This document shows positions 1-8,876 of a stretch of 32,000 nucleotides of DNA, in pieces. Positions within the stretch are counted from its first letter, which is position 1, and every line of letters starts with the position of its first letter. The position numbers and the translations under genes were made by a program. The stretch is taken from contig JBAYPN010000002.1 of the NCBI GenBank assembly GCA_041677685.1, positions 18,563 through 50,562 of the forward strand, given 5' to 3'. The notes beneath the pieces are model-generated. The model saw only the letters and a program-made list of their open reading frames with translations. It did not search any database and was not told the DNA's origin. The DNA is from an archaeon. Lineage in GTDB: Archaea; Iainarchaeota; Iainarchaeia; Iainarchaeales; CSSED10-239.

Positions 1-714
1 AAAGTATTAGAAGAACTTGATGCTGATAAGGAAGAAATTATGACATTAATCTATGATAAGATAGATGATCTTTATACTTCTAAAAGATTTACACCAAACA
101 AAAATGGAATTAATTTTAGTTTTGATGAAAGCACACCTTTATATAATATTAGAAAAGGTCTTTTAAAATGGGAAAAGATACCGTTGTTTGGAATAAAACA
201 TATTGAAAAGGTTGTTGTGGTTGAAGAGAAAGGAGAAAAGATAATTGTTACTAGAGGAACAAATCTTTCAGAGATTTTAAAGTTAGAGGAAATTGATAGC
301 CTTAGAACATACACAAACGACATAATTGAAATTAATAAAATTTTTGGAATTGAGGCCGCAAGGTCAGCAATAATTAGTGAGCTTTCAGAAACCTTTACTT
401 CTAATGGAATTGATATTAATAAAAGACATATATTTATTTTAGCAGACCTAATGTGCTTTACAGGAAAAGTAAAAGGAATTGTTAGAACAGGAATTACTGG
501 ACAGAAAAATTCACCTTTTGCAAGAGCTTCATTTGAAGAAACAGTTAAGCATATATTAAATGCTGCATTTGATAATGAGGTAGAGCCTTTAACTGGGATT
601 ACAGAAAATTTAATTGTTGGTCAACCAATATCTGCAGGAACAGGTAAAGTAAAATTAACATTAGATCCTAAAAATTTAAAGAAAATGATAAAAAAACAAG
701 AGGCATCAAATTAA
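1..714 (+). CDS. rpoA2: DNA-directed RNA polymerase subunit A'' (archaeal RpoA2), C-terminal part; 5' end lies left of the window
   Basis: Frame 1 is open from nt 1 (KVLEELDADKEEI precedes the first ATG at 40). The translation contains the conserved A''/Rpb1 C-terminal block RTGITGQKNSPFARASFEETVKHILNAAFDNEVEPLTGITENLIVGQPISAGTG. It is followed by the canonical archaeal neighbours L30e, S12 and S7. Confidence 0.9.
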   Translation, partial: KVLEELDADKEEIMTLIYDKIDDLYTSKRFTPNKNGINFSFDESTPLYNIRKGLLKWEKIPLFGIKHIEKVVVVEEKGEKIIVTRGTNLSEILKLEEIDSLRTYTNDIIEINKIFGIEAARSAIISELSETFTSNGIDINKRHIFILADLMCFTGKVKGIVRTGITGQKNSPFARASFEETVKHILNAAFDNEVEPLTGITENLIVGQPISAGTGKVKLTLDPKNLKKMIKKQEASN

Positions 715-732
715 AGTAGATAAGCTTATTCA

Positions 733-744
733 TTTATAAATGTT
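733..744 (+). promoter_or_regulatory. Candidate archaeal TATA box (TTTATAAATGTT), about 40-50 nt upstream of rpl30e
   Basis: The exact 12-mer TTTATAAATGTT also occurs at 8823-8834 and 11416-11427. Each copy lies 43-59 nt upstream of a + strand start codon. Confidence 0.45.
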
Positions 745-783
745 GTTAGGCTTATATATATTTATGCAATTAAAAAAAATTAA

Positions 784-1290
784 GTGAGATTTATGGATTG
801 GAGTAAATTTAATACACAACTAAGAAATACAGTTGATACAGGGAAAATAATTATAGGAACAAAGGAAACATTTAAGGAATGCTTGATTGGAGATCCTAAG
901 TTTTTAGTAGTTAGTAGTACAATTAGGTTGATTGATAAAAAGCAATTTGAGCATTATGCAAAGTTACTAAATATTAGAATAGTTCAATATCCAGAGAATG
1001 GATTTGAGTTAGGATCTGTGTGCGGAAAGCCATTTAATATTTCTGTTCTTGCAATCAAGGATTTTGGACAATCTTCTTTATTAGATGTTTTAGATTCTAA
1101 AGATGAAGTTGTTTCTAAAGTTAGTTCTAAAATTAAAGTTAAAGCTGAGAAAAAAGCAAAAAAAGAAAATATTGAAAAAGAAAAAGCAAAAGTTAAGAAA
1201 CTAAAAGAAATTAGACAAAAAGAAGAAGAAGAAAAGCCGATAATGGAAGATGAAGCTTTAAAGGGTATTTTAAAAATTAAGAAAAAATGA
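784..1290 (+). CDS. rpl30e: Ribosomal protein L30e with a roughly 70-aa Lys/Glu-rich C-terminal extension
   Basis: The N-terminal 100 aa match the L30e pattern (VDTGKIIIGTKET...LVVSS...YAKLLNIRIVQY...ELGSVCGKPFNISVLAI). The position directly after rpoA2 is as in archaeal operons. Start is GTG 784 or ATG 793. Confidence 0.8.
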   Translation: MRFMDWSKFNTQLRNTVDTGKIIIGTKETFKECLIGDPKFLVVSSTIRLIDKKQFEHYAKLLNIRIVQYPENGFELGSVCGKPFNISVLAIKDFGQSSLLDVLDSKDEVVSKVSSKIKVKAEKKAKKENIEKEKAKVKKLKEIRQKEEEEKPIMEDEALKGILKIKKK

Positions 1291-1414
1291 TTTGTTTTCT
1301 TAATTTTTTAAAGTCTACATTTTTTCTAAAGTTTTTTCTAAAGTTTATAATATAGGAGTTTTTAAAAATCGTTATTGGAAAATAATAAAAAATAAAATTT
1401 AAAAAATTAGGTGT

Positions 1415-1846
1415 ATGATTATGGCAAATGGAGAATTTTCTGCAAGGAAAAATATTAAAGATAGAATCAAATGGAATCGTAAAGATCCAAGACATAAAAG
1501 AAAAGTAAAGATTGATGCTAAGAAAGGACTGCTTAAAGGTGCTCCTCAAGCAAAAGGAATTGTTCTTGAAAAAAAAGGAATTACTGCTAGACAGCCAAAT
1601 TCAGGAATAAGAAAGTGTGTAAGAGTTAAGCTTATTAAGAATGGTAGAGAATTAACAGCTTTAGCACCAAAAGATAAAGCAATTAAATTTATAGAAATAC
1701 ACGACCAAGTAACTATTGAAGGTAGTGGTGGAAGAAAAGGTGGCCCTGTTGGGGACCTTTGGGGTGTAAAGTACAGAGTTGTAAAGGTTAATGGACAATC
1801 TCTAGAAATGTTAAGAACAGGTAGAAAGGAGAAATCTAAAAGATAG
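1415..1846 (+). CDS. rps12: Ribosomal protein S12 (archaeal uS12 / eukaryal S23 type)
   Basis: [45 protein letters not shown]...[27 protein letters not shown] is a classic uS12 sequence. AGGTG at 1409-1413 is spaced best for the in-frame ATG at 1421, which is the probable true start. Confidence 0.93.
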   Translation: MIMANGEFSARKNIKDRIKWNRKDPRHKRKVKIDAKKGLLKGAPQAKGIVLEKKGITARQPNSGIRKCVRVKLIKNGRELTALAPKDKAIKFIEIHDQVTIEGSGGRKGGPVGDLWGVKYRVVKVNGQSLEMLRTGRKEKSKR

Positions 1847-1847
1847 G

Positions 1848-1858
1848 TTTTTTTTTTT
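1848..1858 (+). terminator. T11 run directly after the rps12 stop; possible attenuating oligo-T signal
   Basis: Eleven consecutive T at 1848-1858, 2 nt after the TAG stop. Archaeal termination uses oligo-T tracts. rps7 starts only about 25 nt later, so termination is probably partial. Confidence 0.3.
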
Positions 1859-1874
1859 AAATTATGAAATTAAG

Positions 1875-2483
1875 GTGTATGTTATGTTAGTGTTTGGAAA
1901 ATGGTCTACAAATGATGTTTTTTGTAAAGATGTAGGAATCTCAAAGTATGTTAGTTTTAAGGAAAGGGAACTTCCAAGTTCTTTTGGAATTTCAAAAAGT
2001 ACTTTAGTTGAAAAGGCTAAGGTTGATGTGGTTGAAAGACTAACCAACAAGCTTATGAGATCTGGACAAGGTAAGAAAAAATTGTCAGGAAAGTTTATTA
2101 GAGGAAAAAATGCTTGTGGGAAAAAAGATTTGATGTTTAAGACTGTTGATGAAGCCTTTGATCAAGTCTATAAGATTACTAAAGAAAACCCAGTTCAGGT
2201 TTTAATAAAAGCAATTGAATTTTCTGCTCCTAGAGAAGATATTGTTAAGCTTCAGAGAGGAGGAATCAATTATAATCAAGCAGTTGATGTTGCTCCTATA
2301 AAGAGACTTGATGAGGCTTTAAAGAATCTTGCTCTTGCAGTTTTTAAAGCAACCTTTAAATCAAGAAAGGATATGGCAAGTGCATTAGCTGAAGAGCTAA
2401 TTGCTGCATCTAAAAATGATCAAAAGAGTTATGCTGTTAAGAGAAGGGATGAAATTGAAAGAATTGCTCAAGGTTCTAGATAG
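1875..2483 (+). CDS. rps7: Ribosomal protein S7 (uS7)
   Basis: LVEKAKVDVVERLTNKLMRSG...AIEFSAPREDIVKLQRGGINYNQAVDVAPIKRLDEALKNLA...KRRDEIERIAQGSR is the uS7 pattern. It follows S12 as expected. AGGTG at 1873-1877 favours the in-frame ATG at 1884. Confidence 0.9.
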   Translation: MYVMLVFGKWSTNDVFCKDVGISKYVSFKERELPSSFGISKSTLVEKAKVDVVERLTNKLMRSGQGKKKLSGKFIRGKNACGKKDLMFKTVDEAFDQVYKITKENPVQVLIKAIEFSAPREDIVKLQRGGINYNQAVDVAPIKRLDEALKNLALAVFKATFKSRKDMASALAEELIAASKNDQKSYAVKRRDEIERIAQGSR

Positions 2484-2521
2484 ATCTTAGAATCCTTTTT
2501 TCTTTTATTTTTCTTATTTTT
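2484..2521 (+). terminator. Oligo-T terminator region ending the ribosomal operon
   Basis: T-rich tract CCTTTTTTCTTTTATTTTTCTTATTTTT. The 15-mer ATTTTTCTTATTTTT (2507-2521) recurs at 23892-23906, and its 14-nt core TTTTTCTTATTTTT recurs at 14488-14501. All three copies lie downstream of + strand genes. Confidence 0.5.
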
Positions 2522-2725
2522 AATTCTGTTTATTTTCTAATAAAAGATTTTTGTTTATATTTTAAATTTTTATTGTGTGTAAAGCATATTTTTAATTTTA
2601 TATTCTTTTTATTTTTTTTATAATTTTTTCTTTTTATAAATATAAAATTCAATTTCACATATATTTTTAAAGTATATGTTGTTGAGTATTAATAATTAAA
2701 ATAAAACTTGATAAGAGGAAACAAT

Positions 2726-3178
2726 ATGCCAATACTTAAAAAATTATTACAGAAAAAAAAAATAAAAAGATTAAGAAAATTACATGAGTATAAGGAAATA
2801 AAAGATGATGTTGATTTTGTGTCTAAAAAAATATTACATCTTTTGATAGATTGTGAAGCTTTAATATCCTCAACTTATTTTTTTGAAAGAAAGGAGGATA
2901 TCAAAAAGGAGTTAATAAATTTAGATAGTAAAAAAGAACCTTCTTTTAAAAAGAAGATTCTACATATTAATCAAAAATCAATTGATCTGATTAATAACTT
3001 TGAGATTATTTATAATATGTTTTTTGACCTAAAACAGAAGTTAGAAAACACCCCTAAAAAACAATACTCAGGTGAAGAAATTAAAAAAATTAATTTACAA
3101 TATACACAACTAGAATCAAAGATTGATCTGATTAAAAGATTTAGAAAAATATCAAACATTGTTTTTAAAGAGGATTGA
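2726..3178 (+). CDS. Hypothetical Lys-rich, probably coiled-coil protein
   Basis: The ORF track gives a TTG start at 2708. GAGG at about 2713-2717 favours ATG 2726. No recognisable motif. Its stop TGA abuts the ATG of the next ORF (TGAATG). Confidence 0.5.
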   Translation: MPILKKLLQKKKIKRLRKLHEYKEIKDDVDFVSKKILHLLIDCEALISSTYFFERKEDIKKELINLDSKKEPSFKKKILHINQKSIDLINNFEIIYNMFFDLKQKLENTPKKQYSGEEIKKINLQYTQLESKIDLIKRFRKISNIVFKED

Positions 3179-3751
3179 ATGCTTATGAAGCCAAGTTTTA
3201 AGAATAAAACAAATATTAAAAAGGTACTTAAAGAAAAGAAAATAAAAAAAAATAAAATAAATAAAGAGTTTGCTTTTAAAAGGATTTCTGAAAATAAAGC
3301 TGAGTGGGTTAATAAAGATCTATCTTTAAAAGCTAAAACACATAAGTTTATAGAAAAGATAACAAAATTTACAAATAGTAAAAACTTTGAAAAACTTAAA
3401 AAAGAATATCCTTTGGCAAGTAAATTTTTTGAACATTTGTTTAAAACTAGTAATAGACTTGGTAGCAATATCTTTTTTATGTGGTCACCAGGAGATTTAC
3501 AAGTAGCACTTTTTGTCTTGCCAATCAAATTTAAAAAAACACAAATCATTTTAGAGGGGTTTCAGAAAAAAGGAATTTCTTTAGATTCTATTTTGAAAAA
3601 TGAGGCTGCAATAAAAATTATTTTTGAAAAATCTTTTTTTATAGATAATGAGATTGACATGACGATTTATAACGATATAATAAACAAGGTAGAAACTGTA
3701 TTAAAAAATGAAAAAGAAACTGATAAGCAAAAAATAATAGTCAAAAAATAA
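3179..3751 (+). CDS. Hypothetical Lys-rich protein
   Basis: Long ORF on the operon strand, start-to-stop coupled with the upstream ORF. No recognisable domain. The antisense ORF 3010-3549 has the Phe/Leu-rich composition expected of a shadow of AAA/GAA-rich coding sequence. Confidence 0.5.
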   Translation: MLMKPSFKNKTNIKKVLKEKKIKKNKINKEFAFKRISENKAEWVNKDLSLKAKTHKFIEKITKFTNSKNFEKLKKEYPLASKFFEHLFKTSNRLGSNIFFMWSPGDLQVALFVLPIKFKKTQIILEGFQKKGISLDSILKNEAAIKIIFEKSFFIDNEIDMTIYNDIINKVETVLKNEKETDKQKIIVKK

Positions 3752-3766
3752 AATTAAAAAAAAATT

Positions 3767-4402
3767 ATGAAAAAAAAGAACCAAGATGATTGGGATAAAG
3801 TTTACTCTTCTAAAAAAAACTTAAAAAAATTACCTTGGTTAAGAACAGTTATCCCTGAATGGTTTTTAAAAATTGTTAATAATCCTAGATGGGTAGAGCC
3901 ATGTCTGGCCTTAGACTTAGGTTGTGGTAATGGTTACTATGCTTACTTCCTTTCAAATAAAGGCTTTAAGGTTACAGGAGTTGATGTTTCTAAAAAGATA
4001 ATTGCTGTTGCTAAAAAGACATACACAAATAATAATTTAGAATTTAAAGAATTAGATGTTTTTTCTTCACATTTACTTACAAACAATTATGATTTTACTT
4101 ATGATATTGGATTGTTTCATAATATCTTACCTGAGAGAAGAAAAGAGTATGTAGATGTCATAGCTTCCAAATTAAACAAAAAAGGGAAATTTTTACTTTT
4201 CTGTTTTGATAAAAGAGAAAAGACCTTTAATAACAAACCAATTTACCTAAATACACTTTATGACATGTACTCCTATCCTCTATCAAAAGAAGAAATAATA
4301 AAAACATTTTCTTCAAAATTTAAAATAGAAAAAATAATTGAACATAGGTATGGAACAAACAACTACAAGAGAAGATTTATTTGTTTGATGTCTAAAAAAT
4401 AA
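3767..4402 (+). CDS. Class I SAM-dependent methyltransferase
   Basis: Motif I LDLGCGNGYYAYFLSNKGFKVTGVDVS is followed by an acidic residue and a post-I/II pattern (EFKELDVFS...YDFTYDIGLFH). Substrate is unknown. Confidence 0.8.
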   Translation: MKKKNQDDWDKVYSSKKNLKKLPWLRTVIPEWFLKIVNNPRWVEPCLALDLGCGNGYYAYFLSNKGFKVTGVDVSKKIIAVAKKTYTNNNLEFKELDVFSSHLLTNNYDFTYDIGLFHNILPERRKEYVDVIASKLNKKGKFLLFCFDKREKTFNNKPIYLNTLYDMYSYPLSKEEIIKTFSSKFKIEKIIEHRYGTNNYKRRFICLMSKK

Positions 4403-4533
4403 TTTTTAATAGTAATTAAACTTATAACCATAATTGCCTAAACCTTTTCTTTAATGGGAATCTATTTAAATGTAATTACACATAATATACATAGTAGTTA
4501 TAAAAAGAGAATATAAACATTTGGTGATTATTT

Positions 4534-4887
4534 ATGATAAATATTACAACTTCAATTTTTCCATATAGACTAGACACACGTCTAAAAGATTCTTTAGAAT
4601 TAAGCTTAAAGGTAAAAAATGCAGACACAGACATAAAATTAATAAGCATAGATGTGATTCTAGATCCTAATATAGCACTTGAAAAAAGCGGTGTTAAAAA
4701 AGCAGTTTCTTTGAGGGTTGGAGATTTAGGTGGAGGCAAAAGCATTTTAAAGAAATTTGAGATTTATCCATTCCAAGGAATCAAGCCAGGAACCTATAAT
4801 GTTTTAGTAAGAGTTAATGAACATTATGTAAACTATGAGCAATTGAAGAGTAAGACAGAAAAATTAATTCCAATCAAAGCAATTTAA
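4534..4887 (+). CDS. Small hypothetical protein, CARDB-like beta-sandwich pattern
   Basis: GGTGA SD at 4524-4528. LELSLKVKNADTDIKLISIDVIL...GTYNVLVRV resembles the repeat units of the 17195-18457 protein. No signal peptide is visible. Confidence 0.5.
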   Translation: MINITTSIFPYRLDTRLKDSLELSLKVKNADTDIKLISIDVILDPNIALEKSGVKKAVSLRVGDLGGGKSILKKFEIYPFQGIKPGTYNVLVRVNEHYVNYEQLKSKTEKLIPIKAI

Positions 4888-5200
4888 TTCCCTTTTTCTT
4901 TTTTATTATTTTATAGTTCTGTTTTTAAAATTAAGCTTCTACAATATTACTATTGTGGATTACAAAACTATTGATGAAGTGTATACGAAATAAGATTCTA
5001 TTTTAAAAGATAATTAATTTAATTATTTTATAGAACTGATGTTGTTAGATAAATAAAATTTTTAATAGATAAACACCATTGTAAAAAAGATCAGACATTT
5101 AGATTAAGCTAAAAATTAAATAAGTTTTTTCAAGATCTAGAAAAATAAAATATAATAAAAATATTTAGGTTCTCTAAATTAAGATATAGATAGGGAGAAT

Positions 5201-8200
5201 TTGATGATTGATAATAGATTTTTAATAATTTTTGTAATCTTGGTAGTTTTTTTCACATTTAATATTAATTCATATGAAATTGTAGATTCTAAGACAGTCT
5301 TCTATGATCAAGAGATTAATTTAAACCTTCTAGATTTAAATGAAAATTCAGATCACTTAAAAGTGATCTTGTCAGTTATTAATTTTGATGATGACAAGGT
5401 TTATTTTGAAAAAGAACTAAGTTCTTCTAAACAAGATTTAGATAATTTCACATTCTCTAAATTGTACAATCCTAGATTGTTGTTTAAGTATGATTTTTAT
5501 GATCAAAATTCACAATTGTTATTTCAAAAGATCTACCAAATAGATCTAATAGAAAACCCAAAAGACTTTAAAATATTTATTTGCAATTCTGAAAAGCAAA
5601 AAGATTGTGTGCCCTCTAGCAGACTAAGCTATAAAGATTCAATTTATGTTTTTTCTTCAAATTCTTCTATAGTAGATTACAATGTTTCTGTTTTTGATCT
5701 AGAAGGTAACTTACAAAAAGAATATAGTCTAGTGTCCCTTCCATTAAAATTAGATTTTGATTATCTAGGAATCTACAAAATTAAAGTTGAAGCAAATAAT
5801 ATTTCTAAGACACAATTTTTAGAAATAACTAACCAAAAAGAAAATCCAGAATATTTTTTAGATATTTCAAACAAAGATGGTGTGGAGTCTTTAGAACCAA
5901 TGGCTAATAATGCTTTAAAAAATAAAAATAATCTTTTTCTGTTCCTAAAAATCATTTTAATAATCATCTTACTAGTTTTAATCTATTCTTTCTTATTTAA
6001 GATAAAAGAAAAAGAAAATAGAAGGGAAAAGAGAAAAAATAAAAAACTATTAGTTATCTTAATTATAATTTTGTTCATTTCATTTTCATTTATTACCCCC
6101 CTTCACTCTTATGAAATTGAGTATAATGATTTAGAGATATCCTATCAAGATCTACAAACTAAATTTGAATATCCAAAAGAAATAAGTTTACTTGTTTACC
6201 CTGGCATCTCAAGTCAGAAGAAAATAATTCCAATTGTTGATTTTGATCAGATCTATTCAGGAGAACTTAACCTAAATGAGAGTTATGAAATTGAAGATAA
6301 AAATTTTAAAAACTCTACTTTAGATTTAGACATTAGCTTAATAGATGTTTATTTGATTGCAGATAAAAAAATCCAACAACAATTGAAATTAGATAATTTA
6401 AAAACCTATCAAGAATGTTATAATGTTATTAACTTTTATAATAACAACCCAATCCAGTCAAGAGCAGATCTTGTTAATAGAACCTTTTTTGGATTAATAA
6501 ATGATAATCATTTTTCAGAAGGGTGTGTTTCTGATTTAGTAAACTCCAATATCCTGGTGCCTAAAAAGCTATTAGTAGAAATTAATTATTCTGATAGTTC
6601 TTTTGATTATAATAAAAACAAAACTTTTGATCTTAAGTGTAATATTTCTCATATCTTTTGGAATGCAGAATCTAAAAAAATAAAACTTAATTTAATTTAC
6701 ACTGATAAGCTAGACTTGCAAATGAAGGTAACTAACAATTTAAAAGATATAATTTTCAATCTAGAAAATAATGGTGTTAACATCTCTTCTAAGGGCCAAT
6801 TCCCAAAAGAAACAGATACCATCAATTACCTAAAAAATGATATTTTAAGTTTACAAAATTTAAGTTTATCTAATGATTTTAATTTTTTTGAATTTGAAAT
6901 AATTAATGGGGATATAGTTAAGTTTAGTGATTTTTACTCAAGAGCAGTAAATATTGAAAACAGGGGTGTTAATTATAATTTAAGGTCAATATCTAAAATG
7001 ATTGAAACTGACAATAAGAATAATTTCTTAATTGATTATTATTTAATAAATGGAAACCTATCTAAATCTAAAAGCACATATTTTAGTAGAAACAGATCAA
7101 AATTAAGAGTAAAGTCTGCAAAAGAAAATATAACATTTTATAATAATGATGATGGGTTATATGTGAAAGATGATTTTGGGTATGAAAAAATATATCCAGA
7201 CAATTATAATTTAAATATTTATTACTATTATAAAGTCTACCCAGACTATATTGACTTTTATGTAATTAATTATGATGTAGAAAATATAATCATTTACAAC
7301 GATGTTTTCTCATATACTTTCTTTAATTCTTTGTTAACTTTAGATTCTGATCTTAACATAACTAATATTAGTTCTAATGAGTTTGGTAGAAGTATAACTA
7401 TTGATAATAAATATACTTTTAATTCAGAGCTTTTCATTCCAAATTTAGATTCTTATTATTTAATTGATGAGGATTATGTTCTAAAAGAAAAAAGCAATTT
7501 GCAAAGTTTTTATGACCAAGATCAAAATCTGCTCTTTGAATCAATTTTAAATAAGCAGTATAGTTTCTTTAAAGAAGATTTTGAAGAATTAAAAAGAAAA
7601 ATTATTATATCTACTGATGTATCTAATGCTTATGATTTTGATAGAAAACAAACTAATCTTTTTATAGCTTACTATCTTTCTAAAATTGAAGACTCTTTTG
7701 ATTCTCCATCTAAAGTACATGACTTTTTTTGTAAACAAGATAGTTATGAAAAATATAGTGGTTATTTTAAAAATGCAAACTTTTCGTATTTTAAATATAA
7801 TTTCTTAGACTCAATTGATGTTTATGGAAACAATCCTTTTATTATTGAAAAAGATTTTAATAAGGTAGATTATGAAAGATTTTGCCAATATCTGATCAAC
7901 AAACCTAATCAAGAAACAATTGATTTTACTACAGCCATATTTTTAGGAGCTGACTATTTACAACAAGAGAAAGTAAGTGTTAAATTTTTAGATTCAGTTT
8001 TAGTTAATAGTTCTTACAGTCATATTTTTACAAAAAAAGAATTATATTTGTTTGTGTCTAATTATTTATTATTCAATAATATTTTACAGGATGAAAATCT
8101 TAGTTATGCTTATGAGCTAAAAAAAATCTATAACAATAGCTTTTTAGATTTTAAGATCCCAAACTACAATTATGAAAAAAAAACTATTAAAGAGATTATA

Positions 8201-8761
8201 GAATCTAAATATCTTAACAATTCTAAATATGTTGGAAACTGTGCACAACTTTCAGTTGACTCTTTAAATTATCTTTTTAACTATAAGGATAAATATAATG
8301 TTGCTGATGCTTGGTATCTTGTAGGTAATAATAATATTAGTGTCTGGAGAAAAGATGCTGACAGGCCATTAAACATCTCACATTTGATCCCTGGAGTAGT
8401 TCTTGGAATCCATACTAGTGGAAACAATTATTATGAATATAAAAATTTTATTAAACCAAATAACTATGATCTACCAAACTTTTATTTAAATCAAGGATAT
8501 TATTCTTATTCTGGGCACAAAATAAAAGTACCTTACACACATGTTGTTTCTTATCTTGGAGATGTTGGAGATGATAGAGGTGTGGTTTTAAATGCAGGTA
8601 GTTCAAATATTTATTCTTTATTAATATCAGATTATGTGCCTAGGGGTAAAGATGAAGGAAATTGGATTGTAAGAACTATTGTTGAGGTTTTAGTTCCAAG
8701 TAACTATTACTCAGAAGAAGAAATTAAAAATTTGAAGACTTATTTGACATCTTTTGATTAG
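5201..8761 (+). CDS. Giant membrane/surface protein (1186 aa): N-terminal signal/anchor, about 225-aa ectodomain, TM hairpin with basic loop, about 880-aa ectodomain ending in a putative papain-fold Cys/His domain
   Basis: GGGAG SD; ATG at 5204 is the likely start. Hydrophobic helices lie at aa 7-20, about 245-266 and about 283-300, with KIKEKENRREKRKNKK between the last two. The C-terminus has GNCAQLS (Cys1014, nt 8240), PGVVLGIH and YTHVVSYLGD (His1114, nt 8540). Confidence 0.75.
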   Translation: MMIDNRFLIIFVILVVFFTFNINSYEIVDSKTVFYDQEINLNLLDLNENSDHLKVILSVINFDDDKVYFEKELSSSKQDLDNFTFSKLYNPRLLFKYDFYDQNSQLLFQKIYQIDLIENPKDFKIFICNSEKQKDCVPSSRLSYKDSIYVFSSNSSIVDYNVSVFDLEGNLQKEYSLVSLPLKLDFDYLGIYKIKVEANNISKTQFLEITNQKENPEYFLDISNKDGVESLEPMANNALKNKNNLFLFLKIILIIILLVLIYSFLFKIKEKENRREKRKNKKLLVILIIILFISFSFITPLHSYEIEYNDLEISYQDLQTKFEYPKEISLLVYPGISSQKKIIPIVDFDQIYSGELNLNESYEIEDKNFKNSTLDLDISLIDVYLIADKKIQQQLKLDNLKTYQECYNVINFYNNNPIQSRADLVNRTFFGLINDNHFSEGCVSDLVNSNILVPKKLLVEINYSDSSFDYNKNKTFDLKCNISHIFWNAESKKIKLNLIYTDKLDLQMKVTNNLKDIIFNLENNGVNISSKGQFPKETDTINYLKNDILSLQNLSLSNDFNFFEFEIINGDIVKFSDFYSRAVNIENRGVNYNLRSISKMIETDNKNNFLIDYYLINGNLSKSKSTYFSRNRSKLRVKSAKENITFYNNDDGLYVKDDFGYEKIYPDNYNLNIYYYYKVYPDYIDFYVINYDVENIIIYNDVFSYTFFNSLLTLDSDLNITNISSNEFGRSITIDNKYTFNSELFIPNLDSYYLIDEDYVLKEKSNLQSFYDQDQNLLFESILNKQYSFFKEDFEELKRKIIISTDVSNAYDFDRKQTNLFIAYYLSKIEDSFDSPSKVHDFFCKQDSYEKYSGYFKNANFSYFKYNFLDSIDVYGNNPFIIEKDFNKVDYERFCQYLINKPNQETIDFTTAIFLGADYLQQEKVSVKFLDSVLVNSSYSHIFTKKELYLFVSNYLLFNNILQDENLSYAYELKKIYNNSFLDFKIPNYNYEKKTIKEIIESKYLNNSKYVGNCAQLSVDSLNYLFNYKDKYNVADAWYLVGNNNISVWRKDADRPLNISHLIPGVVLGIHTSGNNYYEYKNFIKPNNYDLPNFYLNQGYYSYSGHKIKVPYTHVVSYLGDVGDDRGVVLNAGSSNIYSLLISDYVPRGKDEGNWIVRTIVEVLVPSNYYSEEEIKNLKTYLTSFD

Positions 8762-8822
8762 ATTTTTGGAATGTGTTTTTTTATTAAAGGTATTTACTTT
8801 TAAGATCTATATTTTAGGTTTA

Positions 8823-8834
8823 TTTATAAATGTT
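8823..8834 (+). promoter_or_regulatory. Candidate TATA box (TTTATAAATGTT) for the 8877 gene
   Basis: Same exact 12-mer as at 733 and 11416. It lies 43 nt upstream of the ATG at 8877. Confidence 0.45.
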
Positions 8835-8876
8835 TCGAGTTATAATTTTTAGTGTTTATGTTTATAGGTAATTGTT

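Noticed and set aside
3010-3549. 179-aa minus-strand ORF overlapping two plus-strand hypotheticals.
   Set aside because: Its Phe/Leu/Ile/Ser-rich composition is what the reverse complement of AAA/GAA-rich coding sequence produces. It has no SD. The plus-strand ORFs are start-stop coupled and follow the operon orientation. The same reasoning applies to 72-323, 1277-1549, 1862-2050, 4476-4745, 5773-5967, 9789-10028, 10919-11131, 11923-12138, 13497-13721, 13799-14044, 16009-16239, 16396-16683, 17920-18309, 20871-21188, 21793-22059, 25178-25378, 26955-27155, 30097-30279, 31093-31275 and 31257-31439.
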